Shown: positions 1 through 9,400, numbered from the stretch's first letter. The stretch is 64,000 nucleotides of DNA from Candidatus Eiseniibacteriota bacterium (GCA_965223205.1 OZ244990.1:2864170-2928169), one strand, 5' to 3'. The notes: generated by a model not told the origin, from the letters alone. Translations and numbers: made by a program.

Positions 1-714
1 GAGGAGCAAACCTTGACGATTGCCCGCCGCATCAAGGAGGCGGGCGCTGATCTGCTGCGGGGCGGTGCCTTCAAGCCGCGCACCTCCCCCTACAGCTTCC
101 AGGGCTTGGGCCAGGAGGGGCTGGAGATCTTGGCACGCGCCCGCGAGGAAACCGGCCTGCCGGTGGTCACCGAAGCGGTGGACGAGCGCTCCTGCGACTT
201 GGTCGAAGAGTTCGCCGACATGATCCAGCTTGGCGCCCGCAACATGCAGAATTTCTCGCTCTTGAAGCGCGCCGGTCGCGCGCAAAAGCCGGTGCTCCTA
301 AAGCGCGGCATGTCGGCAACCCTCGACGAATTCTTGATGTCGGCGGAGTACATCGTGGCCGAGGGAAATCCGCGGGTGGTCCTGTGTGAGCGCGGTGTTA
401 GGACCTTTGCCAACCACACCCGGAACACCCTGGATCTATCGATTGTCCCGGCTGTTAAGCGGGTTAGCCACTTGCCGATCATTGTGGACCCTAGCCACGG
501 CACCGGGCGGCGCGACAAGGTGATGCCTTTGGCGCGAGCCGGGTTGGCCGTGGGGGCCGACGGCGTCATGATCGAGGTGCACCACGATCCTGAGCGCGCC
601 CTTTCGGATGGCCCGCAGGCGCTTTACCCACCCCAGTTCGCCGAACTGATGCACGAACTCGGGCGTTTGGCTCCGGTGGTGCGCCGGGTGATGTCGGGAG
701 CGACGCCCACGTAG
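1..714 (+). CDS. 3-deoxy-7-phosphoheptulonate (DAHP) synthase, type I-beta; 5' end lies outside the window
   Basis: Frame is open from base 1 (no upstream stop). Translation carries [14 protein letters not shown] and [11 protein letters not shown] motifs plus the [15 protein letters not shown] segment typical of AroA(G)-type DAHP synthases rather than KdsA. Confidence 0.8.
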   Translation, partial: EEQTLTIARRIKEAGADLLRGGAFKPRTSPYSFQGLGQEGLEILARAREETGLPVVTEAVDERSCDLVEEFADMIQLGARNMQNFSLLKRAGRAQKPVLLKRGMSATLDEFLMSAEYIVAEGNPRVVLCERGVRTFANHTRNTLDLSIVPAVKRVSHLPIIVDPSHGTGRRDKVMPLARAGLAVGADGVMIEVHHDPERALSDGPQALYPPQFAELMHELGRLAPVVRRVMSGATPT

Positions 715-742
715 GAGGGGAGCGGCGGTCGCCGCCGCAACG

Positions 743-1969
743 ATGTTTCGACGCAAGTCATTTTGGATCGTGGTGGGGGCGCTGGTGCTGGCGGCGCTAG
801 TCGCCGTCAATCTGGCGCGCGACTTTACGAAGGGCACCGAGGTTGAGCTGGAGACCGTCGAGCGCCGACCTCTGCGCTCGATGGTAACCGCCTCAGGCAT
901 CCTCGAAGCGCACCTCAAGGTGGATGTCAGCGCCAACACCCAGGGGAAGGTGGTGGATCTGAAGGTCGCCGAGGGCGACCGGGTCCGGCTGGGCGATGTC
1001 CTCTTAGTGATCGATCCGGTGCCCTACCGGGGCCAGGTCGAAGAGATTCGCGCCGCCATTCGCCGGGCGCGCGCCGAGTTGGCCGGCGCCGACGCCAGCC
1101 TGGCCGAAGCCCAGGACAACGCCGCCCGTGAGGAGCAACTCGCCGAGCGCGGCGTTACCACCAAGCGCGCCCTCGATGCGGCGCGCCGCGAAGTGGTGCG
1201 GGCCGAGGCGGCGGTGGCCTCTCACCAAGCCGAGATTCGCCGTCAAGAAGTAGCGCTGGAGACCGCGAAGCACAACTTGGACCAGGTAACCGTGTCGGCT
1301 GAAATCGACGGGGTGGTGACCCGCTTGAACGTCGAGGAAGGCGAGAACGTGGTGACCGGCACCATGAACAACCCAGGCACCGTGCTCTTGACCATCGCCG
1401 ATTTGTCGCGCATGGAGGTCGAGCTCGAGGTCGACGAGACCGACGTCGTGCACCTGGCGCTCGGGCTCGACGCCGAGGTCCGGATCGACGCCTTTCCGGA
1501 CACGGTGTTCGCCGGCCGCGTCACCGAGATCGGCCACGCGCCCGTCCGTCGCGGGCGCGCTGGTGAAAGCTCGGCCGACTTCGAGGTCGTTGTCGAGTTG
1601 GCCGAAGTGCACCCGGGACTCCGACCGGGACTCTCGGCCGCGGCCGATGTCGTCACCGCCGAGCGCGACTCGGCCCTGGCCGTGTCGATCGGCGCCCTGG
1701 TGTACCGCGATCCGGCCCGCGAAGCGGCGCGCTTCGCGAGCGGCGCCGGCGATGAGGAGGAGGCCGCAGGCACCGCGGACGAGGAGTACGGCGTCTATGT
1801 CGTCGCCGGCGGCCGCGCTCGCTTCCAGCCGGTTCGCTTGGGGATCACCGGCGAGCGCCACTTCGAAGTGCTCGACGGTCTCGGGACGGGCGACGAGGTG
1901 ATCGTCGGCCCCTTCGCCGCCCTCCGCACCCTGGCGGCCGCGGACCCGGTGCGGGTGAAACACGAGTGA
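743..1969 (+). CDS. Efflux transporter periplasmic adaptor subunit (HlyD/MacA-like membrane fusion protein)
   Basis: N-terminal membrane anchor (FWIVVGALVLAALVAV), long coiled-coil region rich in A/E/R, then beta-barrel-like C-terminal part. Sits immediately upstream of two FtsX permease genes. Confidence 0.8.
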   Translation: MFRRKSFWIVVGALVLAALVAVNLARDFTKGTEVELETVERRPLRSMVTASGILEAHLKVDVSANTQGKVVDLKVAEGDRVRLGDVLLVIDPVPYRGQVEEIRAAIRRARAELAGADASLAEAQDNAAREEQLAERGVTTKRALDAARREVVRAEAAVASHQAEIRRQEVALETAKHNLDQVTVSAEIDGVVTRLNVEEGENVVTGTMNNPGTVLLTIADLSRMEVELEVDETDVVHLALGLDAEVRIDAFPDTVFAGRVTEIGHAPVRRGRAGESSADFEVVVELAEVHPGLRPGLSAAADVVTAERDSALAVSIGALVYRDPAREAARFASGAGDEEEAAGTADEEYGVYVVAGGRARFQPVRLGITGERHFEVLDGLGTGDEVIVGPFAALRTLAAADPVRVKHE

Positions 1970-3195
1970 CGAGCTCTGACGCCGTCAGGCTGGCCGTCGA
2001 TTCCCTGGCGCGCCACAAGTTGCGCTCGGCCCTCACGATGTTGGGGAACGTCGTCGGGGTGACCTCGGTGATCGCTGTTGCCTCCTTGATGGGCGGTATG
2101 GACCGCTACGTCGAGGGCGTCATCGCCGGCGAGGGGTCGAACGTCGTCACCGTCGAGCGCTTCAATCCGATGGCGGCCCTGTCCGACCCGGAGGAGTTTC
2201 TGAAATCGCTCCGGAACCCACGCCTGACTTTGGCGGACTACCGGCACTTGAAGGGCTGGATCGGCGCCGCTGACGACGTCGCCGCTCGGGCGCGGGGCCA
2301 AGGCAAAGTAGCTTTTGGCGACAAGCATCTAGACGGCGTCGTCATCGAAGGTTGGACGGCCAACGTCGACCGCGTGCAAGATTTGGAGCTCGGGTTCGGC
2401 CGGTCGTTCACCGTCGCCGAGGTGGAACGCGCCGCGCCAGTCTGCGTCGTCGGCGCCGATCTGGTCGACGAGCTCTTCGGCACCGCCGGCCGCGCCGACG
2501 GCGCCACAGTTCGGATCGGTACCAAGCACGTTCGCATCGTCGGTGGCTTGGAGGATCGCGCCGGACTTCCCGGCCAATCTCCCAACTTGCGCGTCCTGGT
2601 ACCCCTCTCGGTCTTTCCCAAAATCTTGGGAACGCGCGGCTCGGTGTCGTTGCCGATTCGCGCCGGCACGCCGAGCAGGGTGCCCGCCCTGGTCGAAGAA
2701 GCGCAAGCCGCCATGCGCATCAAGCACCGCCTGCGGCCCGACCAGGCCGACGACTTCTTTGTCGGGACCTCCGAGATGTGGCTGGACCTCTGGGGCAAGA
2801 TCTCGCGGTCAATCGCCGGTGCGGTCTTGGGCATGGTCTCGGTGGCGCTCGTGGTCGGGGGCATTGTCATCATGAACACGATGCTCGTCTCGGTGACCGA
2901 GCGGACCCGCGAGGTTGGGCTCAAGAAGGCCTTGGGGGCGCGGGGCTCGGATATCACCGCCCAGTTTCTTCTGGAAGCGGTGGTCTTGTCGGTGGCCGGT
3001 GGGGCGTTGGGGATTCTCCTGGGTTACGCCATCGCTGGGGCGGTCGCTCGCTTTTCGCCCTTGCCGTACGCCATCGAGTTGTGGGCGGTGGTCCTGGCCG
3101 TCTTGGTGACGGTGACGGTCGGCTTGGTGTTCGGCGCCTACCCAGCCCGGCGTGCAGCCGGGTTGAGCCCAGTCGAGGCCCTGCGCAATGAGTGA
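1966..3195 (+). CDS. ABC transporter permease, FtsX/MacB-like (no fused ATPase domain)
   Basis: About 409 aa with N-terminal TM helix, large periplasmic domain and C-terminal multi-TM FtsX-like region. 4-nt overlap with the upstream adaptor gene. Confidence 0.8.
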   Translation: MTSSDAVRLAVDSLARHKLRSALTMLGNVVGVTSVIAVASLMGGMDRYVEGVIAGEGSNVVTVERFNPMAALSDPEEFLKSLRNPRLTLADYRHLKGWIGAADDVAARARGQGKVAFGDKHLDGVVIEGWTANVDRVQDLELGFGRSFTVAEVERAAPVCVVGADLVDELFGTAGRADGATVRIGTKHVRIVGGLEDRAGLPGQSPNLRVLVPLSVFPKILGTRGSVSLPIRAGTPSRVPALVEEAQAAMRIKHRLRPDQADDFFVGTSEMWLDLWGKISRSIAGAVLGMVSVALVVGGIVIMNTMLVSVTERTREVGLKKALGARGSDITAQFLLEAVVLSVAGGALGILLGYAIAGAVARFSPLPYAIELWAVVLAVLVTVTVGLVFGAYPARRAAGLSPVEALRNE

Positions 3196-4432
3196 GCGCT
3201 GGCTTTTGGCCAAGGAAAACTTCCGCCTGGCGCTTGACGTGATGCGTAGCCACCCACTCCGCTCCGCCCTGGTGGTATTGGGGGTGGCGATTGGAGTGGC
3301 GACGCTGATGACCATGGTGACGCTTTTGAACGGTGTCGGTGCCGCCATCAAGCGCGACATGGCGTCGATGGACTCGGCCGTGGTCTACGTCGCTAAATTT
3401 GACTTTCTAGGCGGGCACACCGATGAGTCGGTCTTTGCGCGGCCCGACATCACGCCGCGCCACGTCGAAGACCTGGCGCGCCAGTGCCCGGCGGTGGGCA
3501 TCGCCGACTACTACATCGAGCCCTCGGGCTTCGACACCGTCCCCGCTCACCACGCCGGCCACAAGACCCGACCCCTGTGGGTCTTGGGGGGTGGCGAGCG
3601 CTTTCACCACTTCTATACCGTGGCCATCGAGGAAGGCCGGGCGCTCGGTGCGATCGATATCGCCCGCAGCCGGCGTGCCTGCGTTTTAGGGTTCGCTCCC
3701 GCCCAGGAGCTTTTCCCCGAGGTGGATCCGATCGGCAAGCGCATTCGCCTGGGCGCTCAGGAGTACGAGGTGGTCGGCGTCTACAGCGAGCGCCAGTCCT
3801 TGGCCGGTGATTTGAATGAGAACTACGCCGTCCTGCCCTACACCACCTTCTTCAAAGACTGGAAATCCGAGACCAGCATGGGCTACGGCATGTTGTCGCC
3901 GGCCCCCGGTTACACGACCGCCGATGTCGAACGCCAAGTGCATTCGACGATGCGCCGGCTCCGCCGCCTGCGTCCCGGTGAGGCGGATAACTTCTCGGTG
4001 ATCTCGGCCGACGCCGTCGAGCGCTTTATCCAGCGCATCACCGGGCCAATCGCTTTACTGTTAGTAGTAATCTCGTCGATTGGGCTCATGGTGGGTGGGA
4101 TCGGGGTCATGAACATCATGCTGGTGTCGGTGACCGAGCGCACCGCGGAGATTGGTTTGCGCTTGGCTCTGGGGGCGAGACGACAGACGGTCCTCGGGCA
4201 AATCATGACCGAGGCGGTCACCTTGACCGGTCTGGGTGGTGTTCTGGGCGTCGCCGCAGGTGCAGTCATTGCGTTTGCCATCAGCCGCCTGACCGGGCTC
4301 CCGGCTGCCTTGTCGGTGCCGCTGGTCGTGGGGGCGGTCCTCTTCTCGATGGCGATCGGCGTCGTCTTTGGCATGGCGCCCGCCCGCCGCGCCGCCTACC
4401 TGGACCCGATTGCCGCCCTGAGGCACGAGTAG
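3188..4432 (+). CDS. ABC transporter permease, FtsX/MacB-like (paralog of the previous gene)
   Basis: Same architecture as 1966..3195; C-terminal MNIMLVSVTERTAEIGLRLALGAR motif is shared with the upstream permease (MNTMLVSVTERTREVGLKKALGAR). Overlaps the upstream permease by 8 nt. Confidence 0.8.
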   Translation: MSERWLLAKENFRLALDVMRSHPLRSALVVLGVAIGVATLMTMVTLLNGVGAAIKRDMASMDSAVVYVAKFDFLGGHTDESVFARPDITPRHVEDLARQCPAVGIADYYIEPSGFDTVPAHHAGHKTRPLWVLGGGERFHHFYTVAIEEGRALGAIDIARSRRACVLGFAPAQELFPEVDPIGKRIRLGAQEYEVVGVYSERQSLAGDLNENYAVLPYTTFFKDWKSETSMGYGMLSPAPGYTTADVERQVHSTMRRLRRLRPGEADNFSVISADAVERFIQRITGPIALLLVVISSIGLMVGGIGVMNIMLVSVTERTAEIGLRLALGARRQTVLGQIMTEAVTLTGLGGVLGVAAGAVIAFAISRLTGLPAALSVPLVVGAVLFSMAIGVVFGMAPARRAAYLDPIAALRHE

Positions 4433-4480
4433 GGTGCGCCAAGCTGAGCCAGCAGGGCTGGGCCGTACCCAAGCCAGCCG

Positions 4481-5053
4481 ATGCCCTCGCCCGTAGCCCA
4501 CAGCCTGGCCGCCTTGGCCCTGGCCGAAGCGGTGCGGCGCCGCCCGCTCCGGCGCTCCTGGGGCTTGGTCTTGGCTTTCGCCGGTGCTGCGGTCGCCGCC
4601 GATCTGGACTTTTTGCCTGGGCTCATCGCCGGAAACGCCGATCGCTTTCACCATGGCCCTACCCACAGTCTCGGTGCTGCAATCATGTTTGGCGTCTTAG
4701 TTTGGGGCGTGTTGCGGTGGCGGCGCCTCGCCAATGCTGGTTGGTGGGCGGGGTGGATGACCGCCGCCTACGCCACCCACGTTGTTCTCGACACGGCCTG
4801 CCACGACACCCGCGACCCCGCCGGTGTGCCCCTGGCCTGGCCGTGGTCAGGCCACTACGTGGCGACACCGTTTGAGCTGTTCATGGATATCCGCCGCGAT
4901 CGAGACACCTGGCGCTTTTGGGGAAGCCTCTTTCAGTGGCACAATCTACGCGCGGTCGGCTGGGAGGCTGCCCTAATGTCTTTGGTTTTCGGCCTCGTCT
5001 GGTTGGGACGCCGCGGCGCCGGTTCGCTGAGCGCCGTTTGGAGGAGAACGTAG
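4481..5053 (+). CDS. Membrane-bound metal-dependent hydrolase-like protein (YdjM/DUF457-like)
   Basis: 190-aa hydrophobic protein with conserved His/Asp in predicted membrane segments (DLDFLPG, HHGPTHS). Family assignment is by pattern only. Confidence 0.55.
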   Translation: MPSPVAHSLAALALAEAVRRRPLRRSWGLVLAFAGAAVAADLDFLPGLIAGNADRFHHGPTHSLGAAIMFGVLVWGVLRWRRLANAGWWAGWMTAAYATHVVLDTACHDTRDPAGVPLAWPWSGHYVATPFELFMDIRRDRDTWRFWGSLFQWHNLRAVGWEAALMSLVFGLVWLGRRGAGSLSAVWRRT

Positions 5054-6253
5054 GTGCCACGCCATCTGGCCCTCATGGATGTGACACCCGCCAAGCGCGG
5101 GTCTTTTGAGAACTACGCCGTCGAACTCGCGGCGCGGCTGGAACGGGCTGGCTGGGAGTCGGTCTTGGCGTTTTGGGGGCCGCCACCTGCATGGTTGCGC
5201 GAGGCGCTCGAGGCACACGGTGCCGAGGTGCGCATCCTCACCGACGAACCCGAGTTTGGCGGTCGCCGCGACTGGCCGGAGAGCTTTGGGCGCGATCGGC
5301 GGCTCGCCCAAGTGGCCTGGCGCTACGCCCGCCAAGCGCCACCCGATGTCGTCCACCTCCACTTCTGCGTGGTCTTCTCGCCGCTCCCCTGGGTCTTGCG
5401 CCTGGCGGGGGCGCGGCACATTGTTTTCACTGAGCACATCTCATTGCCGATGGCCGAACGGCATGGGCTTCGGAGTCTGGCGGCGCGGATCAGAAATGGT
5501 GCGTGCATGCGCGCCATGGATCGCGCCTTGGCCGTCTCCGGGTACGTCAAGGAGCGCTTGGTTCGCTCGGATTTCCTGCCCGCCGACAAGGTCGAAGTAC
5601 TCTACAACGGCATCGACTTGCGCCGTTTTCGCGCCGTGCAAAGCGACCCCGCCGCCGTGCGCCGGGGGTTGGGCATCCCGCCGGCGGCGCCGCTCATCCT
5701 TTCGATCGGTCAGCTCATTGAGTTCAAGGGGATGCACGTGTTGATCGATGCCTTGGCCCGCATGGAGGATGCTGGTGTGCACGCGCTTATTGTCGGTGAG
5801 GGGCCTGAAGACGACCGCCTAGCCCGCGACATCGAACACCGGGGACTCGCCAACCGCGTCCAACTTCTCGGCCGCCGGGACGACATTGCCGAGTTGTTGC
5901 ACGCCGCCGACCTCTTCGTCCTGCCATCGGTCTGGAACGAGGCGCTCGGTTACGTCATCGTCGAAGCCATGGCCAGCGGTAAGGCAGTGGTCGCCACCCG
6001 CGTCGGCGGCATCCCCGAGGTTGTCGAGGACGGGGTGACCGGCGTTCTGGTGGAACCGGGGAACGCCGCCCTCCTGGCCCTAGCCGCCGAGAGCCTGCTC
6101 CGAGACCCCGAGCGCTTGGGGCGGCTGGGCGCGCACGGTCGCCAAGTGGCTGAATCCACCTTCGCCCTCGAGGCGGCGATCGAGCGCACTATGGCCATCT
6201 ATCACGAGTTGGCCGGCGGGCCTGAGTTGGAAGTCGCCCGCCGTGCCGGCTAG
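5054..6253 (+). CDS. Glycosyltransferase family 4 (GT-B fold)
   Basis: C-terminal EALGYVIVEAMASGKAVVATRVGGIPEVVEDGVTGVLVEP motif typical of GT4/GT1 retaining glycosyltransferases. GTG start directly after the upstream stop. Confidence 0.8.
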   Translation: MPRHLALMDVTPAKRGSFENYAVELAARLERAGWESVLAFWGPPPAWLREALEAHGAEVRILTDEPEFGGRRDWPESFGRDRRLAQVAWRYARQAPPDVVHLHFCVVFSPLPWVLRLAGARHIVFTEHISLPMAERHGLRSLAARIRNGACMRAMDRALAVSGYVKERLVRSDFLPADKVEVLYNGIDLRRFRAVQSDPAAVRRGLGIPPAAPLILSIGQLIEFKGMHVLIDALARMEDAGVHALIVGEGPEDDRLARDIEHRGLANRVQLLGRRDDIAELLHAADLFVLPSVWNEALGYVIVEAMASGKAVVATRVGGIPEVVEDGVTGVLVEPGNAALLALAAESLLRDPERLGRLGAHGRQVAESTFALEAAIERTMAIYHELAGGPELEVARRAG

Positions 6254-6275
6254 GGTTGGGTGGCGCCGAGCGCCG

Positions 6276-7652
6276 TCAGGGTGCGCTAGCCACCTGGGTT
6301 TGAGCCTGCCCTTCGAGGCGCTCCAAACGCTCCGCCAACGCCAGACACGTCGCTTGGAGTACGGCGATCTCGGCGTTCTTTTCGGCGCGTAGCTCTTTGA
6401 GCGCTTCGATCAACACCGGGCCGAGCTTCGAGTAGTCCATCCCCACCGCATCGGCGCCGTTCTCTTCGTAGCTGACGATTTCAGGAAGGATCTCCCCGGT
6501 TTCCTCGGCGATCATGCCGAGGTCCGGCTGGCCGCCGTGCTCGGCGTCCCAATCGAAGGTAACGCCCCTGAGCGCCAAGACTTTGTCGAGCGCGTCCTCG
6601 ATCGGTGTGATGTTGTGCTTCCAGCGCCTCGACGACGCCGCGCCGTAGTTCACCCCCACTCCATCGGCGTAGAAGTCGAAGCCCGTGGAGGTACTAGCCC
6701 GCCCGCGGACGCCCACTGGCGAACCCGAATTGCTCGTTGCCCAGCCGACGACGCCGGTGCCGGTGGGGCTCGAGGTCTTGCCCGTGACGCCGGTGCCGGC
6801 GCCCGATCCTTCGTGGTGGGCGATCAGTCCAAGCCCCTGCGGCGCGTAGGACTCGGCTTGAATGCCCGTACTGTCCTCGGAACGGGCGTAAATGGCGAGG
6901 CCCCCGGCGGAATTTTCGAACCGGGCTGCACGTGGCCGATCCGACCTCACGTCGAGCTGCGAGAGCAGGTCCGGTGACATCGTGCCAATCCCGACCGACT
7001 GCTGGTTGGTGACCGTCAGCGCGACTCCCTCATTGAAGAGGTGCCAGTCCTTGGTAGAACCGTCGTAGTAGTGCCAGGCGTTGGTCTCGCCCCCGGTCGA
7101 GTAGCCGTAGAACGGCGACGCGTTTTGCCCCAGGGTACTCATGTACATGCCGGCGTAGCCCGAGGTGGTGGTGGAGTGCACGCCAAAGCGTTCCGAGCCG
7201 ATCGAGTAGTCGCGGCCGATGCCGAGGAAATCACCGTCGTCGTTGACAAAGATTCCGCGCGTTGCGGCCGAGTAGGGGGTGGGCGAGACCTGTTGGCGTG
7301 GGTCCACTGCCGTCCAAAAGCTGGTCGAGGAGCGCACCAAGATTCTAAGCCAGCGCTCCTCACCAAGCGCAAAAGCATCGGTCCCGAAATCAAGCGTCAC
7401 GGTGAATCGGCCGTCTTGTACGTGCACTCCTAACAGCTCGACGTCAGCAGCGACGGGCAAGCCGCCGGTGGCTCCAGCGTAGAGGCTGAAATGAAAGTCA
7501 TACGCCCCGTTCGCCAGGGTGCCGCTATCTTTGAGTTCACCCTGATAGGTGAAGGCTGCATCGTTCTGGCCCAAAGCAAGGCTCTCGGTGCTCACCAGCA
7601 TGATGATGGCGAGAGCTGCCCGGGAGCCGAAACATCGGTCTAGGCGTGTCAT
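6276..7652 (-). CDS. Secreted glycine-rich protein with C-terminal intramolecular-chaperone (peptidase S74 / endosialidase-chaperone-like) domain; tail-fibre-like
   Basis: Signal peptide; N-terminal TFTYQGEL..DG..YDF module; Gly-rich repeats; C-terminal SSRRWKHNITPIE...LALRGVTFDWD...GMIAEE...PEIV...DYSKL.PVLIEALKEL followed by a coiled coil. This is the layout of the self-cleaving chaperone domain of phage tail fibres and tailspikes. Confidence 0.75.
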   Translation of the reverse strand: MTRLDRCFGSRAALAIIMLVSTESLALGQNDAAFTYQGELKDSGTLANGAYDFHFSLYAGATGGLPVAADVELLGVHVQDGRFTVTLDFGTDAFALGEERWLRILVRSSTSFWTAVDPRQQVSPTPYSAATRGIFVNDDGDFLGIGRDYSIGSERFGVHSTTTSGYAGMYMSTLGQNASPFYGYSTGGETNAWHYYDGSTKDWHLFNEGVALTVTNQQSVGIGTMSPDLLSQLDVRSDRPRAARFENSAGGLAIYARSEDSTGIQAESYAPQGLGLIAHHEGSGAGTGVTGKTSSPTGTGVVGWATSNSGSPVGVRGRASTSTGFDFYADGVGVNYGAASSRRWKHNITPIEDALDKVLALRGVTFDWDAEHGGQPDLGMIAEETGEILPEIVSYEENGADAVGMDYSKLGPVLIEALKELRAEKNAEIAVLQATCLALAERLERLEGQAQTQVASAP

Positions 7653-7663
7653 AGCTGGGTCTC

Positions 7664-9046
7664 CTACTGTTCTGGCGCGTACGCCGCCAGCTTGCCCTGG
7701 AGGGCGGCGACCTGCGCGTCCCTCGCGGCCTCAAGTGCGCTCAACTGCTGAGCCATGCGTTCGTTTTGGGCGATGAGGGCCTTGACTGCCTCGACCAAGA
7801 GCGGCGTCAATCGGGAGTAATCCATGCCAATTGCGTCGACGCCGTTCTCTTCATAGGCAACGATTTCGGGCAGCACTTCGCCGGTTTCCTCGGCAATCAT
7901 GCCGATGTCGTGGTGACCGCCGTGTTCTTCGTCCCAGTCAAAGGTGACGCCGCGCAGCGCCAGAACCTTCTCGAGCGGCTCCTCGATGGGCTCGACGTTC
8001 CGCTTCCAGCGCCTGGACGAAGTCGAGCCGTAGTCGGTGCCCGCTCCACTGGCAAAAAAGTCGTAGCCCGCTGGACTGACGCAGATCCCTTTCACTCCGA
8101 CCGGCGAGCCGGTTTGAGCGCGGGCCCGACCGAGCACGCCCGTCCCGGTGGCGCTGAACGCGTCCCCAAAGACCCCATGGCTACCTCCCGCGGTCGAGGT
8201 GGAGAGCGCCACCCCCCATACTCCCTTGCCCCCGGACGCGTGGCTTTCCCCGACCACGCCAAAGCCCACGCCGGAGCTGTTGGTGGCTTCGCCGAAGATG
8301 CCCTTGCCACCGAGGGTCGCGTTGGAGACCACCATGGCGTACTCGGTTCCCGAGCTGGGCAGGTGGAATGGGTAGCTGGGGCTAGAGGTCCTGACCCCGA
8401 CGAACCCGCCGTCGGTCACCGTTAGATGGGTCCCCGAGTTGTAGAGATGCCATTTGCTGGTTGTCCCATCGAAGTAGTGATAGGCGTCGACGTCTGCGCC
8501 GGCGGCGTAGCCGTAGAAGGGCCTGGCGCCTTGGCCGGTGGTGCTCGCATACATGCCGCCGAAGCCGTTCGCAACGTCCGAGTGGATGCCGAAGCGTTCA
8601 GCGCCGGTGATCGGATCAGTTCTGCCGATCCCGACGAAGGTGTTCAAAGCGTTGACCGACAAGCCGCGCGTGGCGACCGAGTAGGGTGCGCGGGTGATCG
8701 GCTGGCGCGGGCTGAGGGTGGTGAAGCCCCCGACGCCAGCCGGATAGCGCACCCTGATTTCAAGCCAGCGGTCGCTACCCGGAAACGCCGCCGGGCCAAA
8801 GTCGACGGACACGGTGAAGCGGCCGTCTTGGACCGGGACGTTCGAGTTGGAGTCGGCGCCCAGGTTGTTGCCGCCGGCCGCCGCGTCATAGAGCACCAGC
8901 TCCACGTCACACAGCCCGTCGGCTGGCGTGCCGGTGTCGGTCAGCTCGCCCTGGTAGGTAAAGGTTGTCTCGTTGCCGTGGGCGCTCCAGGCGCCGAGGC
9001 CCAGCCACAGCACTGTCGTTAGAATTTGGCGTTTCATGGTCTGCAC
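7664..9046 (-). CDS. Paralog of 6276..7652: secreted glycine-rich protein with C-terminal intramolecular-chaperone (S74-like) domain
   Basis: Same N-terminal module (TFTYQGELTDTGTPADG), Gly-rich centre and C-terminal SSRRWKRNVEPIE...LALRGVTFDWD...GMIAEETGEVLPEIV...DYSRLTPLLVEAVKAL domain. 11-nt spacing to its tandem partner. Confidence 0.75.
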   Translation of the reverse strand: MQTMKRQILTTVLWLGLGAWSAHGNETTFTYQGELTDTGTPADGLCDVELVLYDAAAGGNNLGADSNSNVPVQDGRFTVSVDFGPAAFPGSDRWLEIRVRYPAGVGGFTTLSPRQPITRAPYSVATRGLSVNALNTFVGIGRTDPITGAERFGIHSDVANGFGGMYASTTGQGARPFYGYAAGADVDAYHYFDGTTSKWHLYNSGTHLTVTDGGFVGVRTSSPSYPFHLPSSGTEYAMVVSNATLGGKGIFGEATNSSGVGFGVVGESHASGGKGVWGVALSTSTAGGSHGVFGDAFSATGTGVLGRARAQTGSPVGVKGICVSPAGYDFFASGAGTDYGSTSSRRWKRNVEPIEEPLEKVLALRGVTFDWDEEHGGHHDIGMIAEETGEVLPEIVAYEENGVDAIGMDYSRLTPLLVEAVKALIAQNERMAQQLSALEAARDAQVAALQGKLAAYAPEQ

Positions 9047-9217
9047 CTCGCAATCCAGTTGGGTAAAGGGTGGGCCCTTCTACGACTGGAGCCGCAAACC
9101 CATCTGGAAACCCGCCAGGCATGCGGCGAAGAGCCCTAACATCCGCGATGACCGGTAGTTGGATCGGAAGGGCGAGCTAGTCGGAGCGGACGGGCGGTGC
9201 GCCGCCGGAATCCGGAC

Positions 9218-9246
9218 TTGCGGGCCGGCCCCGAACGGCGTAGACT
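9218..9246 (+). promoter_or_regulatory. Candidate sigma70-type promoter of the pyr operon (-35 TTGCGG, 17-nt spacer, -10 TAGACT)
   Basis: Hexamers by eye at 9218-9223 and 9241-9246, positioned upstream of the PyrR-binding motif and leader terminator. Confidence 0.3.
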
Positions 9247-9265
9247 GGCGGCGAACGTGCTGGAG

Positions 9266-9297
9266 CCTTTTAACCCGGTCCCGTGAGACCGGCAAGG
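9266..9297 (+). promoter_or_regulatory. PyrR-binding RNA motif (anti-antiterminator loop) in the pyr leader
   Basis: GGUCCCGUGAGACCGGCAAGG fits the conserved PyrR site pattern G-UCC-N-G-N-GAG-...-AAGG (compare B. subtilis GUCCAGAGAGGCUGAGAAGG). Lies 45 nt upstream of an intrinsic terminator and about 105 nt upstream of pyrR. Confidence 0.5.
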
Positions 9298-9340
9298 GTT
9301 CGTTTCAATGAATCGACATCACCCAGAGTTCGACGCCTGA

Positions 9341-9371
9341 CTTCACCCCGCGCGGGGAGAAGTTTTTTTTT
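9341..9371 (+). terminator. Intrinsic terminator / attenuator of the pyr leader
   Basis: CTTCaCCCC-gcgc-GGGGaGAAG hairpin followed directly by a run of 9 T (9363-9371), 30 nt upstream of the pyrR ATG. Confidence 0.6.
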
Positions 9372-9400
9372 GCCCAGACTGGGTGTGGATGGAGCTACGT

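Noticed and set aside
1004-1963. 319-aa - strand ORF, plus other antisense or alternate-frame ORFs such as 2352..3191, 36704..37498, 43364..44392, 45003..45800, 46103..47056
   Set aside because: All overlap genes with clear family signatures on the + strand; translations are Arg/Pro/Gly-rich low-complexity typical of wrong-frame reading in GC-rich DNA.
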